Source: a virus. Taken from it: 64,000 nt of DNA. The notes below the pieces were generated by a model. That model was not told the DNA's origin and did no database searches. It was given only the letters and a program-made list of their open reading frames with translations. The stretch lies in the IMG/VR virus record IMGVR_UViG_3300031758_000006; one strand, given 5' to 3'. Numbering within the stretch: position 1 is the stretch's first letter; each line of letters starts with the position of its first letter. Below are positions 1 to 10,500 of the stretch, one piece after another. Both the position numbers and the translations under genes were made by a program.

Positions 1-2865
1 TGCTTCACTTAGAGCGGAAACCCACTGTTGATTTGTTGGTATACTACTTGAATAAGTTAATCCATACCCAATATAGAATGGGTATACATTTAATATAACA
101 CCACCAATTCTAATGTCAACATACCAATTAGTCTCCAGTGTTGATAAAACACAGTCATTATTTAAATCCAACCCATTGTTGATGGCGTATGTGTTAAGTG
201 TGTCCGATAATACAACCCCAAATGATGTTGTCAAACTATTATTACTCCAAGGATATAACCCACACTCAATAAATTGTGTCGGACAATCATAAACAAATAT
301 TTGTCCCGTAATCTTACATGAGTTACATGGTACTGGTAATAATTGACATCCAGCTTGTCGTCTCCAAACAAATTTTTGTCTGTGGAATATTGAGTTTTCC
401 AACCTAACCCCCCCATTCCATAATGTTGTAGCTGGTACCATTTGTTCTACTAATCTTAACCAGTAGTCACCTAAACCATTAACATAGTCTATCATGGTTC
501 TATACGTAAAATTATCATTAGGAACATTTATAGATTCCTGTGATTCTAGGTATCTCCAATATATAGACTGTAGTGTTGGGTACCCCCCGGTTTTACCGTC
601 GTTAATATATTGTCTATTCCTAACATTTATCGTATTTTTCCAAAATGTTTGAGCGAACTCAAAGAATGTTTTTTGTTTTGGTTTTGGGATTATTTCAGTC
701 CAATCAATACCACCTCTTTGTGGATATGGTGTGTTTGGATTCGGATTACAGTACGTCGGTTGGATGTAGTTTAATCCTTCCTCTGGGATTGGGTAGTTAT
801 ATTTTCTTGACATTGACCATACGTCATAAACCAAACCTTGTGACGGGTTTAGAAATATATCCACATTTTTAACATTTAACACCAAGTTTTCGTCATAAGC
901 TATGTAATAAGCGTTAAAGTTACCATCACTAGTATTTCTTAATGGACCAACATCATTTGACCAACTTTTATTATTATCTATTGTTTTTCTAAGTCTAAAT
1001 CCTAGATCCATATATGGAAAATCCCTATATCGATTTAAATATTCTTCACCATAATTAAATGGTTGTAGTATTGTTTGGTAATTCGGATTAGATCCGGTAA
1101 AAACACTATTTGTTAGATCCACCTGTTCTGGCATTCTATGTTGTGGTGTAGACTCAAACCAACCACCCCCTTTTTGGAAGAAGAAATTTTCGGAAAATTG
1201 TGGGTTTGTCGGGTAACCATTTTCATTAATCGGGTAATCTAAAATAGTTGTCTGTACGTCTGAACTAATCAATGAAGTTGTAAATCCGGTATATTTAACT
1301 CCCATGATCGAGAATATATCTGTGGTGTCCAATACTGGTAATTCCTGGACATAAGTTCCACCGGAAATTTTAGCGTACTGTACACCGAATTCATCCATGT
1401 CAATTTTTTGATCAGCTAAGTAAACATGTTCATTAAATTCAACTAAAGCTTCTGGAGCTCCTACTAGTCTTAATAAAATTTCAATTGACTTTCTGGTTCC
1501 TTTAGATTTGAATAAATAAGCCGAATTTAAAATTAAATTCCTGTAGTATTGGTAATTAAGTTCGTCTGGTGTCATACCTCTTGACCATCCAGTAAATTCA
1601 TTTGACCCAGTGTTAAATACTGAGTTTAAAAGTTCATCATTACTTATTGGTGATATATTTGTTTTCCAACCTAGTGTTTGCGCTAAATTCTTTAACAATT
1701 GTGATGGAATATCATTACCAATATTATAATTAACTGAATTCATATTTGATAGAGCTGATATAAACATTTTTGTTTCATCAAAACTTCTACCGTATATCTG
1801 TAATAGTTTTTCAAATTTTTGATCCGAGGTGTCAAATTCCTTTAAAGCTCCGGTGGTTAAAAATCTAGAGATTAAGTTTGTTCTATACTCATCTAATAAA
1901 TTTGTGTATTCATTTAGTTTACCTAAATATTCGTCAAACTTTCTAGTTTTAATATCTAAGTTCCATGGACCTTCCTTGGGGAATGTTAAAATTTCATTTG
2001 TTATACTAAAAGATCCGTCATCATTCTCTTTAGGTAGTATGAATGTCGCGGTATACTCTGGTACAACCATTCTGTTTAGTAAGAATTTTTCAACCTCATC
2101 AAAATCTTCGTTAAATGATTTATTTGTGGTTAACTTATTTGGTCTTAAATTGTATGGGTCTGTAATTGTTGTATTACCAGAAAAAGGATTTCCAAGAACA
2201 ACAACAGTTAGTTTTGTGTCAACTGATGGGTCAATCGGTGAGTAATAAACTATTGGATATTCATTATCATAAAAAAATAGTGAATATTTTAGGTAATTTT
2301 TTGTGAAGTTCCTAAGTGGTGATACTTCTATTTCCTTTAACTCAAAGTTTCTATCTGCGTTTGTTGTGTAATCAATATCAAATGTGTTATATAAATTATC
2401 TAAATTAATATCGAAAGTTGTTTCGTTTTCAACTTGATCATAAACAATGTTAAAAGCACTGTAATATGTACCAAAATTTGGTTGTTGGCTATATACTTGT
2501 AAAGCAGCTGGGAAGTAATTTATTATTTTTGTTATCGAAACTGACATTCTTTTACTTAGTGACCCATATAGTGTGAAGTTACTAACTTGTGATAAATCAA
2601 AATTTGGATAAACTCTAAAATTTTTAGCTAGTATTGTTCTAGACTCCTCAACACTATCGATATTCATTGAATTTAGTGATATTGGGTCGGAGAAAGCTCC
2701 TATTGTGAACGTCCTATCTTTTTTCTCACTTAACGCGGTGGTAAATTCAAAATTAGCTTGTGTTAAACCACCTCCAGCTACTAACTGGAACCCAACCAAG
2801 TTGTCCGAAAACGAACCTTCCCCGCTTGGTAATTGTGGTGGACAAGTATATTTTTTTATAGCCAT
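1..2865 (-). CDS. Baseplate wedge / tail protein (P2 gpI- or T4 gp7-like), 3'-truncated by the window edge; absent from the ORF track
   Basis: Manual translation from ATG at 2865 (MAIKKYTCPPQLPSGEGSFSDNLVGFQLVAGGGLTQANFEF...) appears open to position 1 (~955 aa). Contains LKNLAQTLGW and AYLFKSKGTRKSIEILLRLVG, resembling the KGT motif of gpI/gp7-type wedge proteins. Start overlaps the upstream stop (TAATG). Confidence 0.75.
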   Translation of the reverse strand, partial: MAIKKYTCPPQLPSGEGSFSDNLVGFQLVAGGGLTQANFEFTTALSEKKDRTFTIGAFSDPISLNSMNIDSVEESRTILAKNFRVYPNFDLSQVSNFTLYGSLSKRMSVSITKIINYFPAALQVYSQQPNFGTYYSAFNIVYDQVENETTFDINLDNLYNTFDIDYTTNADRNFELKEIEVSPLRNFTKNYLKYSLFFYDNEYPIVYYSPIDPSVDTKLTVVVLGNPFSGNTTITDPYNLRPNKLTTNKSFNEDFDEVEKFLLNRMVVPEYTATFILPKENDDGSFSITNEILTFPKEGPWNLDIKTRKFDEYLGKLNEYTNLLDEYRTNLISRFLTTGALKEFDTSDQKFEKLLQIYGRSFDETKMFISALSNMNSVNYNIGNDIPSQLLKNLAQTLGWKTNISPISNDELLNSVFNTGSNEFTGWSRGMTPDELNYQYYRNLILNSAYLFKSKGTRKSIEILLRLVGAPEALVEFNEHVYLADQKIDMDEFGVQYAKISGGTYVQELPVLDTTDIFSIMGVKYTGFTTSLISSDVQTTILDYPINENGYPTNPQFSENFFFQKGGGWFESTPQHRMPEQVDLTNSVFTGSNPNYQTILQPFNYGEEYLNRYRDFPYMDLGFRLRKTIDNNKSWSNDVGPLRNTSDGNFNAYYIAYDENLVLNVKNVDIFLNPSQGLVYDVWSMSRKYNYPIPEEGLNYIQPTYCNPNPNTPYPQRGGIDWTEIIPKPKQKTFFEFAQTFWKNTINVRNRQYINDGKTGGYPTLQSIYWRYLESQESINVPNDNFTYRTMIDYVNGLGDYWLRLVEQMVPATTLWNGGVRLENSIFHRQKFVWRRQAGCQLLPVPCNSCKITGQIFVYDCPTQFIECGLYPWSNNSLTTSFGVVLSDTLNTYAINNGLDLNNDCVLSTLETNWYVDIRIGGVILNVYPFYIGYGLTYSSSIPTNQQWVSALSEA

Positions 2866-3773
2866 TACGGAATTATATTAGAAAAACTTTTACTAAAATC
2901 AATATTACCCCCTCTATCCTGTCTAACCTCATAAAGTAGGTCGTTAAATTGATCTCTAATCTCATAAAGGTTGTATTGTTTGTAAATATTGTTATTTTTA
3001 TCGTACATCGTGTAGATCCCGTCATCAATAGATTTCGTTTGATTACCGAACATAGCGATAGCTAATGTTGATATATCGTGTTCAACTATTTCAATTTCCG
3101 TCGTTATTGGGTTAAAAAATGTATTTGTTATTATGATGTTTTGATCTGGTTGACCAATAAATGGTGTAGCGTTAGGTTTGTTAGTTGGTGATGATGATGG
3201 TGATAAGGTACAGAATACTAAATTTGTGGTACCCTCAACATATCGATATCTAATTGATTTTTGTGACGTGTTTGTTAAATTTTGATAGACCGGTTCACAA
3301 TAAAATGATGAGGTTATAATTCTAAAAAAATTAGGGATTTTTGTACCGTCGGAATTTAAGTACTCAACTCTAAACCCAACCAAACCTTGATTAATAAATT
3401 TATTCCTATATTGTGTGGGTACGTTATTTAAATCAATAACCAAACCTTTTACATTCGGTAAAGATGATAATATTCCACAATCGGTTATTACCGTTCTAAT
3501 TTCAGCTGGTCTAATGTAAAGTGTGTAGATACCCAATCTATTAAACACGTCAGCTGGTAATTTTAAATTATATAATCCACCCAATATCTCAACATTAGTG
3601 TTCCCACCTGTTAAATTATTATGAAAATATGGTCTCAAAATGGTACTAGCGTCCAATTTTTGTAATATGAAGTTGTCGGTATCATCCCTACTAGGAGTAT
3701 AATTCAATATAATCTCAACGTCGTCTGGACTAACATCCGCACTTCTTATTGTTCCGTAATTACCTGTTGCCAC
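2865..3773 (-). CDS. Hypothetical virion structural protein (302 aa)
   Basis: Long ORF in the baseplate cluster, translationally coupled to the next gene; no family recognised. Confidence 0.6.
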   Translation of the reverse strand: MATGNYGTIRSADVSPDDVEIILNYTPSRDDTDNFILQKLDASTILRPYFHNNLTGGNTNVEILGGLYNLKLPADVFNRLGIYTLYIRPAEIRTVITDCGILSSLPNVKGLVIDLNNVPTQYRNKFINQGLVGFRVEYLNSDGTKIPNFFRIITSSFYCEPVYQNLTNTSQKSIRYRYVEGTTNLVFCTLSPSSSPTNKPNATPFIGQPDQNIIITNTFFNPITTEIEIVEHDISTLAIAMFGNQTKSIDDGIYTMYDKNNNIYKQYNLYEIRDQFNDLLYEVRQDRGGNIDFSKSFSNIIP

Positions 3774-3809
3774 AATTAATTTGTTTTAATTTTAGTTTAT
3801 TTATAAATA

Positions 3810-4985
3810 CTAATTATAGTCATTTTTAACTTTGAAAAACCCATAACCGTATTTAACTAAGTCACCCAGATTATCTACCTCCCCCAGTCTTTCAATATAT
3901 TCAAGAGCGGTCAACTTACCCCTATCAACATACACGTTTGTTTGAACCTCTGGTTGGTCAATGATGTTAAGGTAACTTTCATTCTTTGTAATCGCTGACA
4001 ATATCATGTCATTTAACGTCAATCCAGATGATTGTGTAATGTATAATGTAGTTCCATCCTCGTAGTCATAATAATCAATATCACTTATGGTGTAAGCGGT
4101 ATATGATCCACTTGGGTCCGGTCCCCAATATATCCCAACATTACCTGATGTTCCAGTTACTGGAATACCCAATTTAAATTTACCCCCATATAGATTATAC
4201 TTGGGTCCATACTGTATTAAGTCATTAACTGTTGATTCTGTGTATCCAGTAACGAGAAATGGTACAGATATGTAATTACTACTTACAAAGTCATTTATAT
4301 TTGTATTTGAGTCCCCTGTAAATATATAATCATAACTTATTGGGGTTCCAGACCAATTACCACCTGATGGGGTAAATGTAGCGGTTCCCTGTGGGTTAAA
4401 AGGTACAATATTTGTAAAGGGTACTGTTACCGTTTTTGATACAGTTGATATCCCCCACGGTGAAGTAGCGGTCATAACAATCGTAAATGTATCATTTGTC
4501 AGTGGGTAAACATGTGTTACTGGTGTTGTTCCACTAATAGGTTGTGACGTTCCATCACCCCAGTCAATAACATATGTCACCAATTCCAAAAACTTTTTAA
4601 ATTCTAAGTCTGATGTATTATATAGGGAATATGTGGTTGGGGACATTGTGGATCCTGAAAACAAAAAGTTTTGAATAACATCTTTCTGTAATACAGCTCC
4701 GTCAAATGTTGAGTAGTACCCAATGTCAATAGCTGTTTGGGTGAACATTATTGGTATGGTTAATCCGGTCAATAATGATGTACCTCCAGTACCCCCACTT
4801 AATATGTTGGTCATACCAGTATATACACCGGTGGTTCCGGTTAGATATTCGGTGGTCGAAGCTGTAAACAAACAACATGGGTCAATAGTGTAAAACGTTT
4901 CACCATCACCGGTATATGTTACCGTAATTAAATCACCCTTTATATTTTCAGGTGATATTTTAAAATAATACTTTTGTTCTTCCAT
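3810..4985 (-). CDS. Virion structural protein with a PKD/Ig-like segment (391 aa)
   Basis: IDWGDGT...THVY motif typical of PKD domains; Thr/Gly-rich; baseplate cluster context. Confidence 0.55.
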   Translation of the reverse strand: MEEQKYYFKISPENIKGDLITVTYTGDGETFYTIDPCCLFTASTTEYLTGTTGVYTGMTNILSGGTGGTSLLTGLTIPIMFTQTAIDIGYYSTFDGAVLQKDVIQNFLFSGSTMSPTTYSLYNTSDLEFKKFLELVTYVIDWGDGTSQPISGTTPVTHVYPLTNDTFTIVMTATSPWGISTVSKTVTVPFTNIVPFNPQGTATFTPSGGNWSGTPISYDYIFTGDSNTNINDFVSSNYISVPFLVTGYTESTVNDLIQYGPKYNLYGGKFKLGIPVTGTSGNVGIYWGPDPSGSYTAYTISDIDYYDYEDGTTLYITQSSGLTLNDMILSAITKNESYLNIIDQPEVQTNVYVDRGKLTALEYIERLGEVDNLGDLVKYGYGFFKVKNDYN

Positions 4986-4986
4986 A

Positions 4987-5829
4987 TTATGGGTTTACGT
5001 ATTCATACCAATTAATCTGGTTTATCAGTATTCCACATCTAGTGTTGTTATCAGTTCTAAAAACTTGGTATGTTTTTTCATCATAATTTAACTTAACCTT
5101 ATAATAAAAATATTGACCATTATCAAAATTAAATTTATTTGGTGTTATTAAACTTTGTGGTTTGTTAGTCATTCTAATAAATGTACCCAATTTAGCGTCA
5201 AAAAATTTAGCTGACATATAAAACTCATCGATATTAATGTAAGACCTGTCTCTTAACCAATAAATAAAAAATCCTTCCTTATCACCAACATAATCTAAAA
5301 CAAATTGTGGTTTTTTTATATCTACGTTTGGTTGTAGTGGGTTAATTGATACCGACTCGGTTAGACCTTGTTGTACTGGTATTATTATCGTCAAATATAT
5401 TTTTTGGTTTTTTTCGTCATTAGTATCATATAAATCCAATTTAAAAAATGACTTGGTAAATGGTTTTTTAAAGTAATATATTTCTTGTGGACTAAAGTCC
5501 TCATAAATGTAACTGGTCCCCCAATCAGTTGGTGTGACCGTTGTGGCGGTTATTGGTTGTAGATCCTTATAAAAATTAAAATTGTGGTATATTTGTGTAG
5601 CTTTTTTATTAATAGTAAAAATGGGTGTGGATAAAACAAAATTCCACTCGTCATGACTAAACCTGACCGTTTCAAAATCTTTAGCTATACCAATAACTTC
5701 CTTGACCATTTCGGTTTCGTATTCCTCAACACTTTGATCCCTACCCATAAAATCCCAATTCATTTCAATTGGTATATTTATTTGGTTATCAATATTATCC
5801 CTTAAAATTTTATATTTATTCACAATCAT
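4987..5829 (-). CDS. Hypothetical virion structural protein (280 aa)
   Basis: ORF tightly packed in the minus-strand tail operon, overlapping the upstream gene. Confidence 0.6.
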   Translation of the reverse strand: MIVNKYKILRDNIDNQINIPIEMNWDFMGRDQSVEEYETEMVKEVIGIAKDFETVRFSHDEWNFVLSTPIFTINKKATQIYHNFNFYKDLQPITATTVTPTDWGTSYIYEDFSPQEIYYFKKPFTKSFFKLDLYDTNDEKNQKIYLTIIIPVQQGLTESVSINPLQPNVDIKKPQFVLDYVGDKEGFFIYWLRDRSYINIDEFYMSAKFFDAKLGTFIRMTNKPQSLITPNKFNFDNGQYFYYKVKLNYDEKTYQVFRTDNNTRCGILINQINWYEYVNP

Positions 5830-7561
5830 CTATTAATGGGTCTTGAATTTCGTTTATATTTTTAACATTGGTTCCTTCCGGAATTATTCTAAAAATTGTG
5901 TTAACAAATGGGTAATGTTTTCCATTTGTAAATGGGTAATCAACACCAATATTATTTTGGTCAATAAACCCGTACGGATACAAATCTCTCCACCTAAAAC
6001 CATTAGATAAATTTGAATAGAAACTGTAGTCTGGTAGTCCAACAATGTTTTGATCCTGACTTTCCTCCACGTAGTCTGAAAATTCCCTAATAATTATTGG
6101 GTTGTGGGGGTAATAATAATACCCAAACTGATTTGTCTGGAAGTTATCGTTGGTCAGGTAAAACCAATTATTGTTAAATTTTATTTTATGACAATATCTG
6201 GATATTAATCTTTCTGTTTGTTGGTAATCGTTCCACTCACAAAAATCCCCATCAAGTGTGTCCCCCGAAATTACATCTTTATTATAAAAAAATGGTCCTT
6301 GTGATGGTATGGTTTCCGATGTGTAAGTACTTTCAGATATTGTGGTATTGGATAGGGTGTTAAATTCATCCCACCAAGAACTTGGTTGACTATTAACTAG
6401 TGGGATATTAAACTCCCAACCTTGTTTTAGTTTCCTTGTCCACCCAAAAAATCCTTTCCAGATTGTCGTGAAATATAATTGACTGATCGGTCTATTTTGA
6501 TTATCTCTAAGTGGGTTTATATCTATATCAACATTAAATGATAATGTATACGATTGGGATCCTTCTTTAGTTGAGCTTCTTTGTTTATTATTGGGGGTTA
6601 GAATAGCTATCTCATCTTTAATGGTATTCTTAAAGATGTTTTGTTCAAATCCGGATTTAACTAAAACAGATTCATTACTATTTGTTATAATTTTGTGAAC
6701 TCTAACATAATATTTTGATGTTGTTTCATTTTCATTTGTCTTACTTATCACTCTTTTAAAAGTACCCGAGTTGTTAGTCAGGAAGGTTGTACCGGTAAAT
6801 CCTACATTTCTAATGTTAAAAATATATTCATCACTACCATACCCAAAATCACCCAATTTAGTCACTTTAAATGTGGATTCCCCATTATATGTTATTGGTA
6901 ATTTAACGTATTCACCCACACTTAGTCCGTGTTTTACTGGGGATCTAAATCGTATATGTCGTCCATTAAGATCACTACCCAATGTAATTAAATATGGTAT
7001 TCCATCACTAACCACCCATGACCAAGATGTTGTTGTGTCATAATCAACAGCGTACATTTGTTTTGTATAATCATTTTTAAATGGATAACTCATGTAGTGT
7101 GTCCAATTATATGTTGTGGCACTTTTATTTAGAAAATCTATATGGTTATTTGGTGGTACTGTATACCCAACAACATTGTTATCAGTTCTAATAAAATCAA
7201 ACTCTTGGTACTGTGGGTAACCTTCCCATGGGACTGTATTTGGACTTGATGATAATAATTGTGATGAAGCGTTATTGATTGGGTTTGTGTAGTATAGATT
7301 GTTTTTATACGGTGTGTAAGTTGTACTACCACTAAATTCATTTTTAAAGACCACTATAAACTTGGTTGATGGTCTGAATACAGTTGATTCTTGTCTTTCA
7401 TTATCATATACGGTTTCAAGATTTAGATCAACAATACGATCAAAATCAACAATTTCTTTGGTGTTTTGTGTTAACGAAATATCAATTTCATCATTAACAT
7501 TCGGTGATGTGGTATATCTAAGACTACCAAGTATTATATTTGTTGTTGTTTCTACACCCAT
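5816..7561 (-). CDS. Hypothetical virion structural protein (581 aa)
   Basis: Long beta-rich ORF in the baseplate cluster. Confidence 0.6.
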   Translation of the reverse strand: MGVETTTNIILGSLRYTTSPNVNDEIDISLTQNTKEIVDFDRIVDLNLETVYDNERQESTVFRPSTKFIVVFKNEFSGSTTYTPYKNNLYYTNPINNASSQLLSSSPNTVPWEGYPQYQEFDFIRTDNNVVGYTVPPNNHIDFLNKSATTYNWTHYMSYPFKNDYTKQMYAVDYDTTTSWSWVVSDGIPYLITLGSDLNGRHIRFRSPVKHGLSVGEYVKLPITYNGESTFKVTKLGDFGYGSDEYIFNIRNVGFTGTTFLTNNSGTFKRVISKTNENETTSKYYVRVHKIITNSNESVLVKSGFEQNIFKNTIKDEIAILTPNNKQRSSTKEGSQSYTLSFNVDIDINPLRDNQNRPISQLYFTTIWKGFFGWTRKLKQGWEFNIPLVNSQPSSWWDEFNTLSNTTISESTYTSETIPSQGPFFYNKDVISGDTLDGDFCEWNDYQQTERLISRYCHKIKFNNNWFYLTNDNFQTNQFGYYYYPHNPIIIREFSDYVEESQDQNIVGLPDYSFYSNLSNGFRWRDLYPYGFIDQNNIGVDYPFTNGKHYPFVNTIFRIIPEGTNVKNINEIQDPLIDDCE

Positions 7562-7562
7562 A

Positions 7563-10500
7563 TTAGTCGATAATATTTACATATAATTTTATAAATCTAT
7601 TCACAGCTGTTTTACCGTTTTTTAAACCAAAGTAAAAATGGTATGGAGCTCCCACTATAAATTTATTTTGTAATGGTGTTCCATTTATTACTGGATTACC
7701 AGAAGAATCAATATTAGTAATAAAACCATACTGTAAATTTGGTGGTACTGCTGTCATAGTAGATGTTTGAAAATAGTTAAATGGTGAGACGTTATTACTT
7801 GTGTCCAGTGATTGGTATTTTCTTGATGGTAACCTACTTGACCCCAAAACCCAGGATGTGTCCCAATTGTTAAATTCATTACCAAAAATAGTGTTATTAT
7901 CATTTAGTGTCCAACGGTATAGTGGAACTTCTTGTGTACTATTATATGGTATTAGATCCTGTAATAAGGGTGAAAAATTATAAATTTTATATCCGGGTGA
8001 CAAAGCTCTCCTGTTTTTGTATTGATCCTCACTAGTATTGTAAAATACACCAAAAACCGGTTTATTAGCCGAGTCAACCCCAACCCAAATAAACTGATCT
8101 GGGTAGTTCGATCCAACAAATGGATTTATTTGGTATTCAGAATTTATTGACATTGACTGAGCGATATCACCATCAATTCTAGAACCTGTTCTTGAAAAAT
8201 ATTGTTGTACTGAAGCGTCATTTGTATTAAAGATCTGTTGTAGCCACGTTGAGTTAACGAGTCTAGATATTATACCCAACTGTAATACTAATGATGAATC
8301 ATTGTATGATGAACTTGTTAGTGTATCTGATAAGTATTCCCCACTAAATTCCGGATTTGAACATATGTAGGATATGAATTCATCCCTTTTACCCAAATCC
8401 ATGATGGTTGTTGGTGTTTTTATCTGTCTATTATTTACCGAATTATCGGATGGACTGGTACTTTGTGACCCAATAAACCCAACAGCTGGGGATATTCTAT
8501 ATGGGGTAGATCGATAAAAGAAACTATTACTAGCTGTATTATAGTTTATTATCTCTTCACAATATTTGTAGTCTGTAAATTCACCAAATTCATCATATAA
8601 TGTCAACTTATTAAATGTCGGCATGTATAGTGTTCCGTTAACCCAATTATTTTGGAACATGTGTGAAAATACTCCACGACAAGCTGCGTACATTATTCTA
8701 AATCTAGCTTTCCATTCCAAAAATAATTCAATGTCAGAACCGATACTACTGACATATGGTTCGTTCAATAAATAATAACATCCATTAATTACTTTATCAT
8801 TATCAGCACATGTTTCATTTACCGTAAAACCAGTTCCGTAACCATCGTAACATGATAATTCAGTCATACCTTCACATGTTAAACTACCAGCTAACGATTC
8901 TGGTATACCTGAATCAACTAATATATTATTTGGGTCGTCTGACTGTAGTTGGTATTGGAATATTGTATCACAAATCCCTTCATCTGGTATTTTATAATAC
9001 ATGAAAGAGTTGTTTTCATGTAAAACAAATCTAGTGTACGGGTCACCGTTATAACCTGGTATATACGGGCCTTTGCTCTCCAAATTGGTTGACGTTGGTA
9101 ATCTATCACTTCTCATAACAATACCAAATCTATCATTAAAATTAATACCTTTAACTGAACTTGTATTACAATTCAAATAAGGACTAGGACAACTAGTTGA
9201 TGGTATGTCGTAATAACTAATGTAGGCTGGAGAACAAAGATACCAAATTGTATTTGTTTGGGCTTTGTAATTGGAGGATCCGGATCTCAATCCATCAGCT
9301 ATTGGTGGATTTATAGCGTAACCAGATTGATTATCATTTGACCAAACACCGTTATTATCAGCTTCCGCTGAAATGTCACCTAAATAACTACCGAAAGTTG
9401 ATAGGAACGATCCACCACCCACATACATAAATTTGGTTGGGTATTGACTTTCGTCCCAAGCGTCTGCCGTACCACCACAAACCCCAATAGGTCCAATTGT
9501 CGTATTGGATAAAACCTCCGAAGTTACCCCTCTGTAAGGTAATACATCATATTCCGCTCCCGTTGACCAATCAATTGAGTTAAACCCATCAATATAATTA
9601 GGTTCAATTCCGGTATATGGTTGGACCGATGTGTCAGCGAGTAATGGTCCCGAAAAATACGGTAATACGTGTCTCATTTCAAGGCCTGAATTTTCAAAAT
9701 CAAGTGATGAGTAGTAATACGGTAATGTGGACCCACTATTTGTGTATTGATTAAACAATGTGGAATCTGGTGTAAAACTAAAAGACTTGTGGTATTGACT
9801 TCTGCCACCATTACCCGACGATAAATAATTTACATTTGTTGGTACATTATGTCTAGCTGGTGTAAAATTACTACCTGTGGTATATCTTCGTATAGGATAA
9901 TTTAGTTTATAATAACCAGTCACCGAAACTTGATTTGCAGCTTTTCCGAATAAGGTCCCTAATTCATATTTAATTAGTTGTCTATCGGTATATGGATCAA
10001 CCCCTCTAGTTAATATTATAACACCCAAATTTTGACCGTCAAAAAAATTATCTAAAGCTTTTGCTTGTTGTTCATATTCATTATTACCTTGATATTGTTC
10101 GTATCTCCATTTAACAATGTGATTTAAATATTCTCTAGGGAAAAAACCAGAACTAATTTCGTTAGACATGGACAGATAATTTGATATTGACATACCGGTA
10201 ATAACTTGGAAATACTCCATGTCAGCTGGGAATCTATAACTACCATTTTCGGTATTCGCACTTATAGGTACTGTTATTGTTTTATTAGCTGGTTGAGTTG
10301 GGTCTCCTGGAACGTAAAATCTATTCGCGTAGTCGATGTTCACACCGTGTACCCCAGGTGGTAATGTTGTCCCAGTTATTGATCTACAATTAAACTCATT
10401 ATAAAGTGTACCCCCAGTTGAGTCCGTTAATCCTGTAATTCTATGGATGTCCCCAGACATTCTTGGGTTTTGGAACGTTATCATCTCTCCCGGTTGGAAA

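Noticed and set aside
231-2245. Short ORFs 231..416, 645..872 and 1829..2245
   Set aside because: They overlap the long minus-strand baseplate gene in other frames or strands.
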